A DNA stretch of 64,000 nt, from contig JAFPUM010000034.1 of NCBI GenBank assembly GCA_017395425.1, forward strand, positions 26,739-90,738, in the 5' to 3' direction. Positions within the stretch are counted from its first letter, which is position 1. The number at the start of each line of letters is the position of its first letter. The translations under genes were made by a program, and so were the position numbers. The notes beneath the pieces were generated by a model. That model was not told where the DNA came from and ran no database searches. It worked only from the letters and a program-made list of their open reading frames with translations. The DNA comes from Clostridia bacterium. GTDB taxonomy: Bacteria > Bacillota > Clostridia > Oscillospirales > Acutalibacteraceae. This document shows positions 26,870 through 37,517 of the stretch, one piece after another.

Positions 26870-27670
26870 ATGAATCTTTTAAAAATCCCCTGTGACTGTC
26901 ATCTGCACACCGACAATTCGTTTGACAGCGAAACCCCCGCCGCGCTTCAGGTGGCAAGAGCGCGGGAACTGGGCATTCCGTATATTGCGCTGACCGATCA
27001 TTGCGATATTCTCGAATGGAGCGACGCGAATATTGCCAGATCCAACGCGCAGGCGATGGAACTCAACGCCCTGTATGACGACATCACCGTGCTGCGGGGT
27101 ATCGAACTCGGAGAACCGCTGCAGGATATGGACGAAACGTCCCGCGCGCTGGGGCTCTGTGAGTACGATTTCGTGCTTTGCTCGCTGCACAACATTCAGG
27201 GCGAGGAAGATTTTTATTACCTCCACCCCGATCGTTCGCAGGCTGCCGAATTGGTCAGGCGGTATTTTGAAGAACTGTTGGAAATGGTGAAGTGGAACCA
27301 GTTCGATTCCCTCGCCCATCTGACCTATCCCTTGCGCTACATCACCGAGCGGGACGGCGTGCCGGTGGATATGACACCTTACCTGCCCATCATCCGTGAA
27401 ATTTTAGCCACTCTCGCCGCGAACGGCAAGGCGCTGGAAATCAATACCTCCGGTTTGCGCAACCCCGACGGTATGCTGCTGCCGACGGGGGATTATGTGG
27501 AACTGTTCCGCCGGCTGGGGGGACGTTATATCACCCTCGGCAGCGACGCTCACACGCCGGAGCATCTGGCGGTGGGCATGGCGGAAGGCATCGCCGCCGC
27601 GAAGGAAGCGGGCTTTACGGCTGTGACGGTTTTCATCAACCGGCAGCCCGTGGAGATACCGTTTGCGTGA
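26870..27670 (+). CDS. Histidinol-phosphatase, PHP (HisJ) family
   Basis: CDCHLHTDNSFDS metal-binding start, later LTDH and GSDAH motifs typical of PHP phosphoesterases. 266 aa. Confidence 0.8.
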   Translation: MNLLKIPCDCHLHTDNSFDSETPAALQVARARELGIPYIALTDHCDILEWSDANIARSNAQAMELNALYDDITVLRGIELGEPLQDMDETSRALGLCEYDFVLCSLHNIQGEEDFYYLHPDRSQAAELVRRYFEELLEMVKWNQFDSLAHLTYPLRYITERDGVPVDMTPYLPIIREILATLAANGKALEINTSGLRNPDGMLLPTGDYVELFRRLGGRYITLGSDAHTPEHLAVGMAEGIAAAKEAGFTAVTVFINRQPVEIPFA

Positions 27671-27758
27671 CCATTACACAAATCCCCTGTTGCAATCCGG
27701 CGGGGAAAATGATATAATAGGCAGGAAAGTAAATCACGGGGTAAGGAGTGACACGCGA

Positions 27759-28493
27759 ATGCGAAATAAAAGAAGCTGGACGGCGGTCATTGCGGCGGGA
27801 ATGCTGCTGCTGTCGCTGTGTGCGTGCGACAGCGGGAACGGTAAAACGACAACGGAAAAATCCGTCAGTCCATCCGAAACGTCTGTGTCAAGTGAAGCGC
27901 CAGTGAACGACGCTTTGACTGTGGATTCCGCGTTGAAGGAGGGGCAGACCGTGATGTTCGGGCGCTATGAACAGGACGGCAACCTCGAGAACGGCGCGGA
28001 ACCGATTGAATGGCGGGTGCTGTCGGTGAAGGACGACCGGGCGATGCTGATTGCCGAAAAAATCCTCGATTGCAAACCCTTCCACGAAACCGGGTGGGTG
28101 AGTGTGGACTGGGAAACCTGCACGCTCCGCACATGGCTCAATGAGGATTTCTGTCAGGCGGCATTCTCGGAGGAGGAGCAGGTCAAGCTGCTGGATACGT
28201 CGCACGACGGCAGTACCGACAAGGTGTTCCTGCTGAGCTACAAACAAGCCAAGTCGCTCTTTGCGTCCAAAGCCAAACGAAAGGGCTTCCCCACGGCATA
28301 TGCCCTCCAACAGGGTCTTCTGGAAAACGAAAACGGCACGGGTATGTGGTGGATTGCGTCTTACAACCATCATCCCTACCGCGTGGATTACATCAGCCGC
28401 GGCGGCGGGATTAACGAATACGGCGCCCGTGCCCATGACAATTGGGTGGGCGTGCGTCCTGCCGTGCGGGTGAAGTGGAAGGTTTCGGATTGA
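27759..28493 (+). CDS. Lipoprotein, DUF6273-like
   Basis: Signal and lipobox MRNKRSWTAVIAAGMLLLSLCAC. The FGRYEQDGNLENGAEPIEWRVL and WWI/RPAV segments resemble DUF6273 proteins, from memory. AAGGAG upstream of ATG 27759. Confidence 0.65.
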   Translation: MRNKRSWTAVIAAGMLLLSLCACDSGNGKTTTEKSVSPSETSVSSEAPVNDALTVDSALKEGQTVMFGRYEQDGNLENGAEPIEWRVLSVKDDRAMLIAEKILDCKPFHETGWVSVDWETCTLRTWLNEDFCQAAFSEEEQVKLLDTSHDGSTDKVFLLSYKQAKSLFASKAKRKGFPTAYALQQGLLENENGTGMWWIASYNHHPYRVDYISRGGGINEYGARAHDNWVGVRPAVRVKWKVSD

Positions 28494-28583
28494 GGCGTAA
28501 AGAAGGGCATTATTATTTCCATCATTTGCAACGCAAGTTCTTTCCAAAAATTGCGTTGCAAATTTGTTTTTGCGGAGGAGGGA

Positions 28584-31500
28584 ATGTCAGGACAAATGTT
28601 TGCCCATCTTCATTTGCACACGGAGTACAGTCTGCTGGACGGAGCCTGCCGCATTCAGGAATTGATCAGCGCCGTGAAGGAACTGGGGCAGGAAGCCGTT
28701 GCCATTACCGACCACGGCGTGATGTACGGCGCGGTGGAATTTTACAAGGAAGCCGTCAGACAGGGTATCAAACCCATCATCGGGTGCGAGGTCTACGTTG
28801 CGCCGCGCAGCCGGTTCGATAAGACCCACGGCGTGGATTCGGCGTATTCCCATCTCGTCCTGCTGTGCGAGAACAGCACCGGCTATCAGAATTTAATCCG
28901 GCTGGTGTCGCAGTCGTGGACGGAGGGATTTTATAATAAGCCCCGTATCGACCGCGAACTGCTTGCGCAGCATACCGATGGTTTGATTGCCCTTTCCGCC
29001 TGTCTGGCGGGGGAGATTCCCCGCTGTTTGCAAAACGGTGATTATTCATCCGCGCTGGAATGCGCCAAGACCTATCGTGAAATGTTCGGGGAGAACAACT
29101 TCTTTCTTGAACTCCAGAATCACGGCATAGAGGAGCAAACAATGGTCAACGCGGGGCTGATACGTCTCCACCGTGAAACCGGTATTCCGCTGGCTGCCAC
29201 CAACGACTGCCACTACATCCGGAAATCCGACGCGAAAACCCATGAAATCCTGCTCTGCATCCAGACCAAGACCACTGTGGACGATCCCGAAGCCTTCCGC
29301 TTCCCCACGCAGGAATTTTACCTCAAGAGCGAGGAAGAAATGCGCGCGCTCTTTCCCGAAGCACCCGAAGCCTGCGACAATACTGTGAGGATTGCCGAAC
29401 GGTGCAATGTCAATTTTGAATTCGGTCACACCAAGCTGCCGCATTTTGCACTTCCCGACGGGCAGGCGGATAAAAACCACGCGGACTATCTGCGGGAACT
29501 GTGCTATGAGGGCTTGCGGGCAAAGTATGCCCATCCCGAAGACGAAACGATGACCGCACGGCTGGACTATGAGCTGTCCGTTATCGAAAAAATGGGGTTT
29601 GTGGATTACTATCTGATTGTGCGGGACTTTGTGCAGTACGCGAAGGGGAGAGGCATTCCCGTCGGACCCGGCAGAGGTTCCGGCGCGGGCAGTCTGGCGG
29701 CTTACTGCGTGGGCATCACCGACGTGGACCCCATCCGCTACAACCTGCTGTTTGAGCGGTTCCTCAACCCCGAACGGGTGAGTATGCCGGATTTTGACAT
29801 CGACTTCTGCAACGAGCGTCGGCAGGAGGTCATTGATTACGTCATCGGCAAATACGGCAAGCAGAACGTGGCGCAGATTGTCACCTTCGGCACGATGGCG
29901 GCAAAGGCGGCGGTGCGGGATGTGGGACGGGCGCTGGGATATCCTTACGGTCTGATCGACCGTGTCGCCAAGCTGATTCCCTATGCCCTGCATATCACCC
30001 TGCAGGAAGCACTGGCGGCATCGGACGAACTGCGGAAACTGTATGAATCCGACGGGCAGGTGCGGGAACTGCTCGACCTGTCCATGCGTATCGAGGGAAT
30101 GCCGCGTCACGCGTCCACCCATGCGGCAGGCGTGGTGATTACCCAGCAGCCCGTGAGCGAATATGTCCCGCTCGCCGTCAATGATGACGTGATTGTCACG
30201 CAGTACACCATGACCGTGTTGGAAGAACTCGGACTGCTGAAAATGGATTTTCTGGGCATCCGCAACCTGACGGTCATCAAGGACGCGGAAGAGATGATTC
30301 AGCGCAAGCACCCCGATTTCAGTATTCGCACGATTTCCTATGACGACCCCGACGTGTTTGCTATGATGTCCGCCGGAGAGACAGAAGGCGTCTTTCAGTT
30401 TGAATCGGCGGGAATGCGGAGTGTCCTGCAACGCATGGCGCCGCGCAGTGTGGAAGACCTGACGGCAGTGCTGGCGCTTTACCGTCCCGGACCCATGGCG
30501 TCCATTCCGCAGTATATCGAGAACCGCCGGCACCCCGACCGCATTTCCTACGATGATGAGCGCCTGCGCGACATTCTCGACGTGACCTATGGCTGTATTG
30601 TCTATCAGGAGCAGGTCATGCAGATTTTCCGCGCGCTGGCGGGCTATTCGCTGGGACGCGCCGACGTGGTGCGCCGTGCCATGAGCAAGAAGAAGCACGA
30701 CGTGATGGAGCGGGAACGGCAGGTCTTTATTGACGGACTGACCGATGAAGACGGCAGTGTGATTGTGGAAGGCGCGGTCAGACGGGGGGGATCGAGAGAA
30801 GCGGCGGAACGGATTTTTGACCGGATGTCGTCCTTTGCGTCGTATGCCTTCAACAAGAGCCACGCGGTGTGCTATGCGACGGTGGCGTATCAGACCGCCT
30901 ATCTCAAATGCCGCTTCCCCGGCGAATATATGGCGGCATTGCTGACGAGCATTTTTGACTGGCGGGGCAAGCTGGCGGAATATATCGTCGAATGCCGCCG
31001 TCTGGGCATTCCCGTCCTGCCGCCGAGCGTCAACGAAAGCGGTATGCACTTTGTCTGTACGGGGGACGGTATCCGCTTCGGACTGCCCGCCATCAAGAAT
31101 CTCGGCAAGGGCGCGATTGAAAAGATTGTGCGGGAGCGGGAAACCGGCGGCGCCTATACCTCCTTTACGGATTTTTGCAGCCGTGTGAGCGGCGGAGAGA
31201 TTAACCGTCGCGCCATTGAAAGTCTGATCAAGAGCGGTGCGCTCGACGGTCTGGCGGACAGCCGCCGTCAGATGCTGCTTTCGCTGGACCGTGTGATGGA
31301 CGAGCTGGAAAACGACCGGCGGCGCAATCTCGAAGGGCAACTCAATCTGTTCGGCGGGGAGGAACGGCTGGAGCAGCGTGTCATGCTGCCGGACACCGAG
31401 GAATTCCCGCTGCCCGATCTGCTGGCGATGGAAAAAGAAGTGACCGAAATGTACCTCAGCGCCCACCCGCTCGACGCGTATGCCGTCGTCGCTCAGCGCA

Positions 31501-32138
31501 TTCACGCCACGCCACTGCGGAAGATTCTGGCGGCGGCGGAGGACGGGATGAACGCCGGATATAAAGACGGTCAGACGGTCCGGCTGCTGGTGATGATAGA
31601 GTCCATGAAACTCAAGCTCTCCAAAAACAATGAGAAAATGGCGTTTGCGGTGATCGGGGACGCGGGCGGTTCGCTGGAAATGATTGTGTTTCCCAAAACG
31701 CTGGCGGCTTACGCGGGTCTGGTGGCGGAGCATGTGCCGCTGATTGTGGACGGCAAAATCAGCCTGCGGGAAGAGGAAGAACCCAAGATTCTATGTGAGC
31801 GGCTGTTTGCGGTAGAGGAAGCCGACCGTCTTCCCCCTCTGACCGACCGGCGAGGGGAGACGGTGCCGGTGGGGACGCGTGAGATACATGAACCGCCGCC
31901 GCGCGGCAATCCGGTTCTGTATCTGCGGGTGCCATCACTGGACTCGGAAGCATGGCGGAAGGCGCTGCGGGTGATCCGGATCTTCGACGGTACCTCACGG
32001 GTATTCCTGAGATGTCTCGATACAGGACAGATGATGGAGGCGCGGCAGTACCGGGTGATGATGAACACCGTGATGCTGGATGAACTCAGCCGGATATTGG
32101 GGAGCGATAACGTGGCAGTCCGGTATGAAAAGCAGTGA
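28584..32138 (+). CDS. dnaE: DNA polymerase III alpha subunit (DnaE)
   Basis: N-terminal PHP domain FAHLHLHTEYSLLDG, polymerase core (PDFDIDF), OB fold. About 1184 aa. GGAGG lies 5 nt before ATG 28584. Confidence 0.95.
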   Translation: MSGQMFAHLHLHTEYSLLDGACRIQELISAVKELGQEAVAITDHGVMYGAVEFYKEAVRQGIKPIIGCEVYVAPRSRFDKTHGVDSAYSHLVLLCENSTGYQNLIRLVSQSWTEGFYNKPRIDRELLAQHTDGLIALSACLAGEIPRCLQNGDYSSALECAKTYREMFGENNFFLELQNHGIEEQTMVNAGLIRLHRETGIPLAATNDCHYIRKSDAKTHEILLCIQTKTTVDDPEAFRFPTQEFYLKSEEEMRALFPEAPEACDNTVRIAERCNVNFEFGHTKLPHFALPDGQADKNHADYLRELCYEGLRAKYAHPEDETMTARLDYELSVIEKMGFVDYYLIVRDFVQYAKGRGIPVGPGRGSGAGSLAAYCVGITDVDPIRYNLLFERFLNPERVSMPDFDIDFCNERRQEVIDYVIGKYGKQNVAQIVTFGTMAAKAAVRDVGRALGYPYGLIDRVAKLIPYALHITLQEALAASDELRKLYESDGQVRELLDLSMRIEGMPRHASTHAAGVVITQQPVSEYVPLAVNDDVIVTQYTMTVLEELGLLKMDFLGIRNLTVIKDAEEMIQRKHPDFSIRTISYDDPDVFAMMSAGETEGVFQFESAGMRSVLQRMAPRSVEDLTAVLALYRPGPMASIPQYIENRRHPDRISYDDERLRDILDVTYGCIVYQEQVMQIFRALAGYSLGRADVVRRAMSKKKHDVMERERQVFIDGLTDEDGSVIVEGAVRRGGSREAAERIFDRMSSFASYAFNKSHAVCYATVAYQTAYLKCRFPGEYMAALLTSIFDWRGKLAEYIVECRRLGIPVLPPSVNESGMHFVCTGDGIRFGLPAIKNLGKGAIEKIVRERETGGAYTSFTDFCSRVSGGEINRRAIESLIKSGALDGLADSRRQMLLSLDRVMDELENDRRRNLEGQLNLFGGEERLEQRVMLPDTEEFPLPDLLAMEKEVTEMYLSAHPLDAYAVVAQRIHATPLRKILAAAEDGMNAGYKDGQTVRLLVMIESMKLKLSKNNEKMAFAVIGDAGGSLEMIVFPKTLAAYAGLVAEHVPLIVDGKISLREEEEPKILCERLFAVEEADRLPPLTDRRGETVPVGTREIHEPPPRGNPVLYLRVPSLDSEAWRKALRVIRIFDGTSRVFLRCLDTGQMMEARQYRVMMNTVMLDELSRILGSDNVAVRYEKQ

Positions 32139-32237
32139 AAAACAGCCGATGGAGAGCGTTATGGTTCAGACCGGGGCAGTCATTTGGCGCCAAAACACCA
32201 AAATTAAAAAAAATCCCTGTTTTTTGGCAAAAAGTTG

Positions 32238-32265
32238 TTGCGAAATCCGTAGTTTATGCTATAAT
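32238..32265 (+). promoter_or_regulatory. Candidate pfkA promoter
   Basis: -35 TTGCGA (32238-32243), 16-nt spacer, extended -10 TGcTATAAT (32257-32265). Confidence 0.5.
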
Positions 32266-32343
32266 TGACATAAGAATACGATTGTCGCGGGAGATGACTT
32301 GTCTTTCCCGGCAACTTCACATAGGTTAAGGAGGATACTTATC

Positions 32344-33315
32344 ATGAGCAAGGCAAAATCTATTGCGGTTCTCACCAGCGGCGGTGACGCCCCGGGCATG
32401 AACGCCGCCGTCCGTGCGGTGGTCAGAACGGCCATCTATAAGGGAATGGACGTTTACGGCGTGCAGAGAGGCTACAACGGTCTTATCACCGGCGACGTCA
32501 ACAAGATGGATCTGAGAAGCGTTTCCGATATTATCCACAGAGGCGGTACGGTGCTGTACACCGCCAGAAGCCCCAAGTTCAGAACCGAAGAGGGTGTGAA
32601 GCAGGCGGCTGATTACTGCCGTCAGCTGGGTATTGAAGGCGTGGTGGTCATCGGCGGCGACGGTTCCTACCGCGGCGCGCGCGACCTGACCCACGCGGGC
32701 ATTCCCTGTGTCGGTCTGCCGGGCACCATTGACAACGACATCAGTTCCACCGACTATACCATCGGCTTCGATACGGCGATGAATACCGCCATGCACATGG
32801 TTGACAATATCCGCGACACATCCCAATCCCACGACCGTTGCAGCGTCGTCGAGGTCATGGGCAGAAACGCCGGTTATCTGGCGCTTCACACCGGTATTGC
32901 CTGCGGCGCTACCGCTATTCTGGTGCCGGAGATTCCCTTCGATCTGGAGAGAGATGTCATCGCCAAGATCACCCGCACCCAGCGCACCGGCAAGAAGAAT
33001 TTCATCATTGTCGTGGCGGAAGGCGTCGGCGGCACCGAAAAGATTGCCCGCCATATTCAGGAACTGACCGGCATCGACACCAGAGCCACCATTCTGGGTC
33101 ATGTGCAGCGCGGCGGTTCGCCCACCGTGCGTGACCGTGTGCTGGCAACCCAGCTGGGCTATCATGCGGTGGAACTGCTGGAGCAGGGTATCGGCAACCG
33201 TGTTGTCGGCATCAAGGAGGACAAAGTGGTTGATTTCGATATTGACGAAGCGCTCGAAATGCACAAACCCTTTGAAATGGATCTCTTTAAAATTGCGGAT
33301 GCGGTTTCCATCTAA
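32344..33315 (+). CDS. pfkA: ATP-dependent 6-phosphofructokinase
   Basis: IAVLTSGGDAPGMNAAVRAVVR, GGDGS, PGTIDND and the MGR motif. AAGGAGG upstream of ATG 32344. Confidence 0.95.
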   Translation: MSKAKSIAVLTSGGDAPGMNAAVRAVVRTAIYKGMDVYGVQRGYNGLITGDVNKMDLRSVSDIIHRGGTVLYTARSPKFRTEEGVKQAADYCRQLGIEGVVVIGGDGSYRGARDLTHAGIPCVGLPGTIDNDISSTDYTIGFDTAMNTAMHMVDNIRDTSQSHDRCSVVEVMGRNAGYLALHTGIACGATAILVPEIPFDLERDVIAKITRTQRTGKKNFIIVVAEGVGGTEKIARHIQELTGIDTRATILGHVQRGGSPTVRDRVLATQLGYHAVELLEQGIGNRVVGIKEDKVVDFDIDEALEMHKPFEMDLFKIADAVSI

Positions 33316-33339
33316 ATTCTCACATTGATTATGAAGAAA

Positions 33340-33385
33340 AAGGCAGCATTTTCTGTTGAAATATAGGAAATGCCTGCCTTTTTAT
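33340..33385 (+). terminator. Rho-independent terminator after pfkA
   Basis: AGGCAGCATTT pairs with AAATGCCTGCCT (one bulge), followed by TTTTT. Confidence 0.6.
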
Positions 33386-33422
33386 TGCTTTTTACAGCAG
33401 GAAAAGAAAGAAGGAATCATTT

Positions 33423-33923
33423 ATGAGTAAGAAAGTAGCAGTGATTATGGGCAGTGACAGTGATTTGCCCGTGGTCAAATCCGCCATTGCAGTTCTGCGC
33501 AATTTCGGCGTGGACTATGAGGTGCGGGTCATGTCCGCCCACAGAACCCCTGACGCGGCGGCAAACTTCTCTAAAACCGCCAAGGAAAACGGCTTCGGTG
33601 TGATTATCGCGGCAGCCGGCAAGGCGGCGCATCTGGGCGGCGTGCTGGCGGCGCACACGATACTGCCGGTCATTGGCATTCCGATCAAATCCTCCACGCT
33701 CGACGGTCTGGACGCGCTGCTTGCCACCGTGCAGATGCCGAGCGGCATTCCCGTGGCAACCGTGGCGATTGACGGCGCTGCCAACGCGGCGCTGCTTGCC
33801 ATTCAGATGCTGGCGCTGTCCGACGAAGGACTTTCCCAGAAGCTGGCGGACTACAAGATTCAGATGGCGGAGGGTGTGGCTGCCAAGGACGCCGCGCTGC
33901 AGGAAAAACGGTCTGAACTGTAA
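33423..33923 (+). CDS. purE: N5-CAIR mutase (PurE)
   Basis: [19 protein letters not shown] and [14 protein letters not shown] motifs. 166 aa. Confidence 0.95.
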   Translation: MSKKVAVIMGSDSDLPVVKSAIAVLRNFGVDYEVRVMSAHRTPDAAANFSKTAKENGFGVIIAAAGKAAHLGGVLAAHTILPVIGIPIKSSTLDGLDALLATVQMPSGIPVATVAIDGAANAALLAIQMLALSDEGLSQKLADYKIQMAEGVAAKDAALQEKRSEL

Positions 33924-33975
33924 TCACGGGTGTGAAGTGTGGAAAGCAGAAAGATGAGAGCTGGGGTGAACGGTA

Positions 33976-35427
33976 TTGTTGGATAAACTGAATGAAGAAT
34001 GCGGCGTATTCGGCATTTACGGGGCAGATGAAAACCGGGTGGTGCAGCTGACCCATCTGGCGCTGTATGCCATGCAGCACAGGGGACGCGACGGCGCGGG
34101 AATGGCTGTCACCGACAGCGAATTCATCTACGCCTATAAGGATCTGGGCTGGGTGGCGGATGTCTTTACCCCGAAGGTGCTGCGGCATATCAAGCCCGGA
34201 CACATCGCCATCGGTCATGTGCGCAATTCCCGCAAAGCGGTGGTGGAGCGGTTTGCCGCCCAGCCGCTGGTCATGCGCTATATGAAGGGCTCCATGGCGC
34301 TTGCCAACAACGGCGCACTGGTCAACGGCTACGAAATGCGCACAGCGCTCGAACATGACGGCGCGATGTTCCAGACGTCGAGCGACGCGGAAATTTTTGC
34401 CTATCTGATTGCCCGGAAACGTGTGAAATCTTCGTCACTGGAAAAAGCCGTTGTGGAAGCGATGGACGACATTCAGGGCGCCTATTCGATGGTGATTCTC
34501 GGACGTCACAAACTGATTGCCGTGCGCGACCCGCGGGGAATGCGTCCGCTGTCGCTCGGCAGAATCGGCGACGACTGCTGGGTAGTGGCAAGCGAGACCT
34601 GCGTCTTTGACGGCATCGGGGCGGAACTGGTGCGGGATATCGAGCCGGGCGAAGTGCTGATGATCGACGAAAAGGGGCTGCACTCCGACCGCACACATTG
34701 CGGCAAACAGACGCCCGCGCTTTGCATTTATGAGTATGTCTATTTTGCCCGACCCGATTCGGTCATTAACGGCAAGAGCGTACACGAGGTGCGGCTGGAC
34801 ATCGGACGGCTGCTTGCCAAAGAACACCCGGTGGATGCCGATCTGGTGTGCGGCGTGCCGGATTCGGGCATTTCGGCGGCGATCGGCTATTCGCTGGGCA
34901 GCGGCATTCCCTATGGTACCGCGCTGGTGAAGAATAAATATATGTCGCAGGCGCATCTGCCCAAGAACGACGATGTCCTTCAGGAACTGGCGCTCAAATG
35001 CAAGCTCAATGTGCTGGAGGCGGTCATCCGGGGAAAACGGGTCATTCTGATCGACGATTCCATCATCAAGGGCATGACCGCGCGGCATATTATCAACCTG
35101 CTGCGTCAGGCGGGCGCGACGGAGGTGCATCTGCGCATTTCGTCACCGCCGGTCTTTAACACCTGCTACTTCGGCACGACCATCAATGACCGCGGTTCGC
35201 TCATTACCAGCACCATGAAGGTGGAGGAAATCTGCGCGGCGGTAGGCGCCGATTCACTGGGCTTTGCCTCGGTGGAGGGCATCCATTCCCTGCCCGGTGT
35301 GGATTGCATGGGCATCTGTGACGCCTGCTTTACGGGGCATTATCCCATGCCCATCAGTGAGAAGGAGCATTTTGACAAGTACCAGCAGAAGATCGGCGAA
35401 TCCAAAGACGGCGATTCCAAAGATTAA
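33976..35427 (+). CDS. purF: Amidophosphoribosyltransferase (PurF)
   Basis: Short propeptide then the catalytic Cys (LNEECGVFGIYG). PRPP-binding VILIDDSIIKGMT. TTG start. Confidence 0.95.
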   Translation: MLDKLNEECGVFGIYGADENRVVQLTHLALYAMQHRGRDGAGMAVTDSEFIYAYKDLGWVADVFTPKVLRHIKPGHIAIGHVRNSRKAVVERFAAQPLVMRYMKGSMALANNGALVNGYEMRTALEHDGAMFQTSSDAEIFAYLIARKRVKSSSLEKAVVEAMDDIQGAYSMVILGRHKLIAVRDPRGMRPLSLGRIGDDCWVVASETCVFDGIGAELVRDIEPGEVLMIDEKGLHSDRTHCGKQTPALCIYEYVYFARPDSVINGKSVHEVRLDIGRLLAKEHPVDADLVCGVPDSGISAAIGYSLGSGIPYGTALVKNKYMSQAHLPKNDDVLQELALKCKLNVLEAVIRGKRVILIDDSIIKGMTARHIINLLRQAGATEVHLRISSPPVFNTCYFGTTINDRGSLITSTMKVEEICAAVGADSLGFASVEGIHSLPGVDCMGICDACFTGHYPMPISEKEHFDKYQQKIGESKDGDSKD

Positions 35428-35470
35428 CCAATAGCCAATCATCAACCCATTTCAGGAGGTTTGAACCTAT

Positions 35471-36520
35471 ATGAGCAGCACAAACAGTTACAGCAAAAGC
35501 TACAAGGAAGCGGGCGTGGATGTAACCGCCGGCTATCGCTCGGTGGAACTCATCAAGGAACACGTCGCACGCACCAATATCCCCGGCGTGGTTTCGGGCA
35601 TCGGGGGGTTCGGCGGACTTTTTGAGCCGGACTTCTCCGGCATGAAGACTCCCACGCTGGTATCCGGCACCGATGGCGTCGGCACCAAGCTGAAAATCGC
35701 GTTCCTCATGGACAAGCATGATACCGTGGGTATCGACTGCGTTGCCATGTGCGCCAACGACGTGGCGTGCAGCGGCGCCCAGCCGCTTTTCTTCCTCGAC
35801 TATCTGGCGGTGGGCAAGAATATCCCCGAAAAAATCGCGGAGATTGTCAGCGGCGTGGCGGAAGGCTGCGTGCAGGCGGGCTGCGCGCTGATCGGCGGCG
35901 AAACCGCCGAAATGCCCGGCTTCTATCCGCCGGAAGAATATGACCTCGCGGGCTTCTGCGTAGGTCTGGCGGATAAGGAAAAGATCGTGGACTGTGCCAA
36001 TGTCAAGGCGGGTGATACCCTGATCGGCGTGGCTTCCACGGGACTGCACTCCAACGGCTTTTCGCTGGTGCGCTCCACCCTGCGTCCGAGCGCGCAGAAT
36101 ATCCGCACCCACATCGACGAATTCGGCAAGACGCTGGGCGAGGAATTGATTACCCCCACGCGAATTTATGTCAAGTCGGTGCTGGCGCTCCAGCAGGCTG
36201 TGAAGGTACACGGCATTTCCAATATCACGGGCGGCGGCTTCTATGAGAACATTCCGCGTATGCTGCCCGACGGTCTGATGGCGCGTGTGGAGCGCAAGAC
36301 CGTCAAGGTGCTGCCGGTGTTTGACTATATCCAGAAGATGAGCGACGGGAAGATTGACGATCACGATATGTTCAACACCTTCAACATGGGCGTGGGACTG
36401 GTGGTCGCGGTTGACCCGAGTGAGGTTGACGTCGCTATTGCCACGCTGAAAGCCAGCGGTGAGGACGCGTATGTCATCGGCGAAGTGATTCACGGCACCG
36501 AGGGTGTGAAGATATGCTGA
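35471..36520 (+). CDS. purM: AIR synthetase (PurM)
   Basis: [14 protein letters not shown] and GGETAEMPG motifs. 349 aa. Confidence 0.95.
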   Translation: MSSTNSYSKSYKEAGVDVTAGYRSVELIKEHVARTNIPGVVSGIGGFGGLFEPDFSGMKTPTLVSGTDGVGTKLKIAFLMDKHDTVGIDCVAMCANDVACSGAQPLFFLDYLAVGKNIPEKIAEIVSGVAEGCVQAGCALIGGETAEMPGFYPPEEYDLAGFCVGLADKEKIVDCANVKAGDTLIGVASTGLHSNGFSLVRSTLRPSAQNIRTHIDEFGKTLGEELITPTRIYVKSVLALQQAVKVHGISNITGGGFYENIPRMLPDGLMARVERKTVKVLPVFDYIQKMSDGKIDDHDMFNTFNMGVGLVVAVDPSEVDVAIATLKASGEDAYVIGEVIHGTEGVKIC

Positions 36521-37155
36521 AAACCAAACACATCGCGGTCTTTGTATCGGGCGGCGGTACCAACCTGCAAGCCCTGATTGACGCACAGGCGCGCGGCGAA
36601 ATCAAGTACGGCGAGATTACCTTTGTCCTTGCCAGCAATGACAGGGCATACGCGATCGAACGCGCCAGGAAAGCCGGTATCGAATACGAAGTGGTATCCC
36701 GCAAGGCATACGCTGACAGCGAAGCATACGACGCGGCGATTCTCGCCGCGCTGGAACACCGGAGCATTGACCTCATTGTGCTGGCGGGATTCCTCTCCAT
36801 TCTCGGACCCTCCGTCATTGAGAAATACCGCAACCGGATTATCAATATTCATCCCTCCCTGATACCGCTCTTCTGCGGCGACGGCTTTTACGGCAAGAAG
36901 GTACACACCGCCGTACTCGCGAGCGGCATGAAGGTAACGGGCGCGACGGCGCACTTCGTCAACGAAATCACCGACGGCGGCGCGATTATCCTGCAAAAGG
37001 CGGTTCCCATCGAGCAGGGCGACAACGAGGATATTCTGCAATACCGCGTGATGCGGCAGGCGGAGTGGGAGATACTGCCCAAAGCGGTGAGCCTTTTCTG
37101 TGAGGAACGGATACGGATTGACGGAAACCGGACAGAAATAGTGAATAATGAATAG
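36514..37155 (+). CDS. purN: GAR formyltransferase (PurN)
   Basis: [23 protein letters not shown] and GATAHFV motifs. Start overlaps the purM end. The last codons (IVNNE) and the stop lie in the heptad repeat. Confidence 0.93.
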   Translation: MLKTKHIAVFVSGGGTNLQALIDAQARGEIKYGEITFVLASNDRAYAIERARKAGIEYEVVSRKAYADSEAYDAAILAALEHRSIDLIVLAGFLSILGPSVIEKYRNRIINIHPSLIPLFCGDGFYGKKVHTAVLASGMKVTGATAHFVNEITDGGAIILQKAVPIEQGDNEDILQYRVMRQAEWEILPKAVSLFCEERIRIDGNRTEIVNNE

Positions 37156-37197
37156 TGAAGAGCGAATAATGAATAATGTCGGAAGTCCTTCGGACTT
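37140..37197 (+). repeat. 7-nt tandem repeats plus hairpin (locus 1)
   Basis: AGTGAAT AATGAAT AGTGAAG AGCGAAT AATGAAT AATGTCG (37140-37181), then hairpin AAGTCC-TTC-GGACTT (37183-37197). Confidence 0.85.
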
Positions 37198-37227
37198 GAA
37201 TAGATAGAACATAAAGGAGCGTTTGTT

Positions 37228-37494
37228 ATGCCGGAAAATGAAGTGGTCGAATTCAAATTTGACACGCAGCTTTTGATTGAAGGTCACGACCTCGACGAAG
37301 ACGCGATTTACGATTATATCACAGAGCATTTCAAGGGAGACTGCCTGCTGGCGGTCGGCGACGAGGATCTGATCAAGATTCACTTCCACACCAACGAACC
37401 GTGGCTGGTGCTGGAATACGGCGCGTCGCTGGGCGAGATTCACGATATTGTCGTGGAGAATATGCAGCTGCAAGCGGAGGGAATGCACGGATAA
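37228..37494 (+). CDS. Small protein (88 aa) resembling the middle domain of DAK2-type kinases (FakA/YloV-like)
   Basis: AAAGGAG upstream. The GDCLLAVGDEDLIKIHFHTNEPW...IVVENMQLQ pattern resembles the GDS..V....vHvHT..Pg...IENM..Q signature I recall from FakA/YloV proteins. Confidence 0.5.
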   Translation: MPENEVVEFKFDTQLLIEGHDLDEDAIYDYITEHFKGDCLLAVGDEDLIKIHFHTNEPWLVLEYGASLGEIHDIVVENMQLQAEGMHG

Positions 37495-37517
37495 GTCCCG
37501 TTGGGAGCAGGGAGTTG

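Noticed and set aside
33316-33422. Looked for a purine or ZTP riboswitch upstream of purE and within the pur operon, and for a T-box upstream of ddl-argS.
   Set aside because: The purE leader is only about 40 nt after the pfkA terminator. I could not find the conserved purine, ZTP (pfl) or T-box core sequences in 33316-33422, 37156-37227, 40034-40182 or 56034-56110.
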